Below are positions 61,150-64,000 of a stretch of DNA of 64,000 nt, one piece after another. How positions within the stretch are numbered: the first letter of the stretch is position 1; every line of letters begins with the position of its first letter. Source of the DNA: Klebsormidium nitens (taxonomy: Eukaryota; Plantae; Klebsormidiophyceae). The DNA is taken from assembly GCA_000708835.1 (NCBI GenBank), contig DF236968.1, positions 124,001 through 188,000 of the forward strand, written 5' to 3'. Position numbers and translations under genes: made by a program. The notes under the pieces are model-generated. The model had not been told where the DNA came from and did no database searches. It saw only the letters and a list, made by a program, of their open reading frames with translations.

Positions 61150-61952
61150 CCATCCCGGTTGAGGAGTTTGTCAGTGTTGGAGAACACAGACAGGGTGTAC
61201 GAACTATAGAACAGATCCTGTTCAAGTATAGTCGTGAAAATACCTGGTAGTTTTGGCGATATATACCTTCAAGAGTCACTCGGGATTATTTGTGGGTTGC
61301 AAAATCAATTGGCACCGTCCATTAGTCACAATCGACGGCTCGCCTGGATTGAGACTCAAGTCGAGCTTGCGCGGCGACCAGCATGCCGGCCGGCATGTCA
61401 GTGCCCGGTGACCACGATAACTACAGGCGTTTGCAAACCACGCAAACCATTCTTATTAGCCCATGCATATCAAACCCTCCAGAAAGCTTCATCAATCCAG
61501 TTTCGTTACAGAGCGGGTTGAACCACAAACTAACAACGGTTAAAGATCCACAATTTGTACTACCCGGCGCTTTGAGTCAGGAGAAGATCGTGGCCGTCAG
61601 ATGAAGTCCAAGGAGGAGGCCACGACAGCCCTACCAAATCTGCGGCTGCCAATGCGATCAGGACAGCTTGCGGCTGCCTTGCTCCTATTGGCTGAGTACG
61701 AAAAGCGAACACGTTGTGGATTTCCTGTCGCATGATCCTAACCGCTCTGACAACCCGATACTGAAGCTCGTGATTCCTGTAGAGGACCCCGCCCATGGTC
61801 TCGCTCCGTCGGAAAGTTTGTTGTTTTGCACTTTCCTCTGCGATCACTGCAGAACCGTTTCGTGGTTCGGCAACCGCGGCACAAAAGTTGAGCAGAAACC
61901 GTTCCCCTTCTCGAGATTCCAGCGGCAGAAGAATGGGGTTTGCGGGCGACAT
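61150..61952 (-). CDS. Possible small spliced hypothetical gene
   Basis: ORF 61952-61560 can splice (GG|gtagta...tatag|T) in phase to a 53-nt exon reading SYTLSVFSNTDKLLNRD followed by a GTGAGC donor. No family recognised. Confidence 0.25.
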
Positions 61953-62549
61953 TGCAGCACAGGTTGATTCCTATGGGGTCGCTTTAACTTTTAGCATGGC
62001 AAGGCTTCCTCCCGAATCCCTCCTCTCAGAGACCTCTGTGACTTGGTACGTCTCCAGAGAAACCATCTCGATGAATGCCAGTCACAGCTCGCACGAGTCC
62101 GGCCGCCATTCCTGGCCGCAATTTCAAGAGTGCTCAGTCTTCTCTTTGATGAGAGAGATACAATCAAAGAGATGAGTTCGTAGCCTAGACGATTTGGAGG
62201 GGACCTTATGAACGATATTTGTGTTATGGTGTTGTTGCCATAAACAGGTTGAGCTGGAATCGAATCGGAGCCTCTGTGAAGAAAGTTGTTGCCTGTTGTT
62301 GATTGATTCACAGATCTGCGCGTGTTGAGTAGCAGTATAAGCTCGTCCAAACCAGAGTAGCTGGTGGTAGATCTATATTTTCCCTTCGATCCTTGCCCTT
62401 GTGTTTGGTAGGTTGACTGAGCGACAACCCCTTTATTGGCGAGCTAGATCCGGACCTGACACAGCAGAGGGAGCACACTGGAAGATTTTGGACAGCTCCG
62501 CTTCCTTTTGTATATAAATCTCGTAGTAGAAAGAGGTGCCTAAGCAAGC

Positions 62550-63484
62550 ATGCAGAGCTGCGCGGCCCAGGCCGCTGGAGCGGGTACTGCCGCTTTCAGG
62601 TTCGCTGCTGGCGATCCGAGTGCGAGAACGACAGATGCCGCATCCTCCTCCTATGATGCAAGCAGAAGTTACGGTAACCGCTCCTTACTCAGGGCAGACC
62701 CTCTGGAGCAACTTAGAGGGCGGCAGGTAGGCGCTGGCAGAGTCCCGCAGGTACCTAGGAAGGCATGCGTGCAGGCTATCCTGCGGGTGGATAGAGAGGC
62801 TGCTGACAGAGACAGAGAGGATGGCAGCGAGAAGGGGGCGCAGCGAAAGAGGAGCAGCTTCAGTCTGCAAGCCTCTTCCTCTTTGGCAATGCCGAGCCTG
62901 GATTTCCCCAGGTCTAGAAGCACCAGTCCAGTCAGGCAAAAGACGGCGCAGGAAAGGGTTGACGATGCTGTACGGAAACAGGCGGCTTTGATGGCGGACA
63001 TACGGATACCGCCTGGGGCTGAAATGGACGGCGAGTTGCTGGAGACAGCATATGAGAGGTCTGGAGAGGTTTGCGCCGAGTACGCAAAGACGTTCTACCT
63101 TGGTGAGTGCGAATGCTTGTGACAGGGCTGTCTGGAATGCGTTGTTCTTACGTCATGCATTCATTTCATTGTTGTTGTGGCGTAGCAACAGATCTGCAGC
63201 CATCGGTTCGCAAAACAGAGCTAGTATCATTGCTTGCATGGCAGACCCAGCATCTGCATGAAAGTGTCTGTGTTGTGCTGCCCTCAGGCTGGTACTGTCA
63301 GGTCATGCAGAAAGGAGCTGCGCTTGGGGTTGTGTTCCTATTGCCGAGCCTGCATTGCAAGCAAGCAACTTTTGTTCTGCTGTCATTGGAGCATGAGTGA
63401 GCGCACATTGACAGGTATGACATGGTTGTGCAGGCACCAAACTCATGACTCCTGAGAGGCAACGCGCAATCTGGGCCATCTATG
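62550..63484 (+). CDS. PSY: Phytoene synthase, chloroplastic (5' part; gene continues beyond the window)
   Basis: Exon 1 62550-63102 (transit-peptide-like start, then LLETAYERSGEVCAEYAKTFYL) and exon 2 63434-63484 (GTKLMTPERQRAIWAIY), the canonical PSY N-terminal motif; phases match. Confidence 0.94.
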
Positions 63485-64000
63485 GTAAGTTCAAATTACA
63501 AGCTGCATTTATCAATCGTTGGATCCGACTGATCAAACACAGGCTCTGTTGCTGTGCTTTGTTAGTTTGAGCGTTGCTTGCATTACCGTGTCGACTTGGG
63601 ATGTGTTTAAGTTGCACATGAGGAGCAGCGCGGGTTGTCTCAAGGTTTCACAGGACGGTTAGTGAGTTGCGTCAAAGAGGTCCACGGGCAGGAATTGGAG
63701 TCCAGGACAACCTTTTGGCAGAGGCTACCAGCTTTTTGGGGAATTCCACATTCGGGGACTGGTTCAAACCATTAGCTTTTCATAATCTTTGTATGCAAAT
63801 GTGGGATTGGACTCGTATCTTTTTGCAATGAGAGCTGGTGCAGAAATACGCGCGGCTTTGTCTACCTGCTATTTTGGACTATACAGGCATTCTGAAGTTC
63901 CAGCATTGCATAGAATACGAGGCAGGTGTTATCAAGCTCTTCGGAAAGGAGATGCGTGTTTGACTGGTCAAGAAATTGTCAGTCGTTGCAGTGCAATGTG

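Noticed and set aside
63040-63075. PSY AYERSGEVC with Ser where Cys is usual, as a sign of altered function
   Set aside because: A single substitution outside the DXXXD catalytic motifs; not interpretable from sequence alone.
591-63455. Most short ORFs in the supplied six-frame track
   Set aside because: They are antisense or off-frame shadows of GC-rich exons, or intron read-through, and are accounted for by the spliced gene models.

Overview
Eukaryotic, intron-rich nuclear DNA. The mix of plant-type genes and flagellar genes points to a flagellated streptophyte alga, probably Klebsormidium-like (inference from gene content only). Reconstructing exons by hand from GT/GC-AG sites and reading-frame phase gives this gene order: DP transcription factor (-), intronless F-box/LRR gene (+), CCB1 (-), plastid transaldolase (+), BTB-BACK copy A (-, frameshifted), TAF6 (-), BTB-BACK copies B and C (+), an unassigned ~3.5 kb stretch, CFAP65 (-), roadblock dynein light chain (+), a possible small gene (-), and the 5' part of phytoene synthase (+). 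Two things stand out. (1) At least 14 exon-intron junctions in five genes have one to six decayed tandem copies of the splice site plus adjacent exon end, lying in the neighbouring intron. The nearest copy is usually 140-165 bp away, and several copies differ from the live exon almost only at synonymous positions. (2) There is a local family of POB1/LRB-like BTB-BACK proteins whose C-terminus is a variable Gly-rich hydrophobic hairpin. No rRNA, tRNA, CRISPR array or intact transposon was found. All alignments were done by eye.
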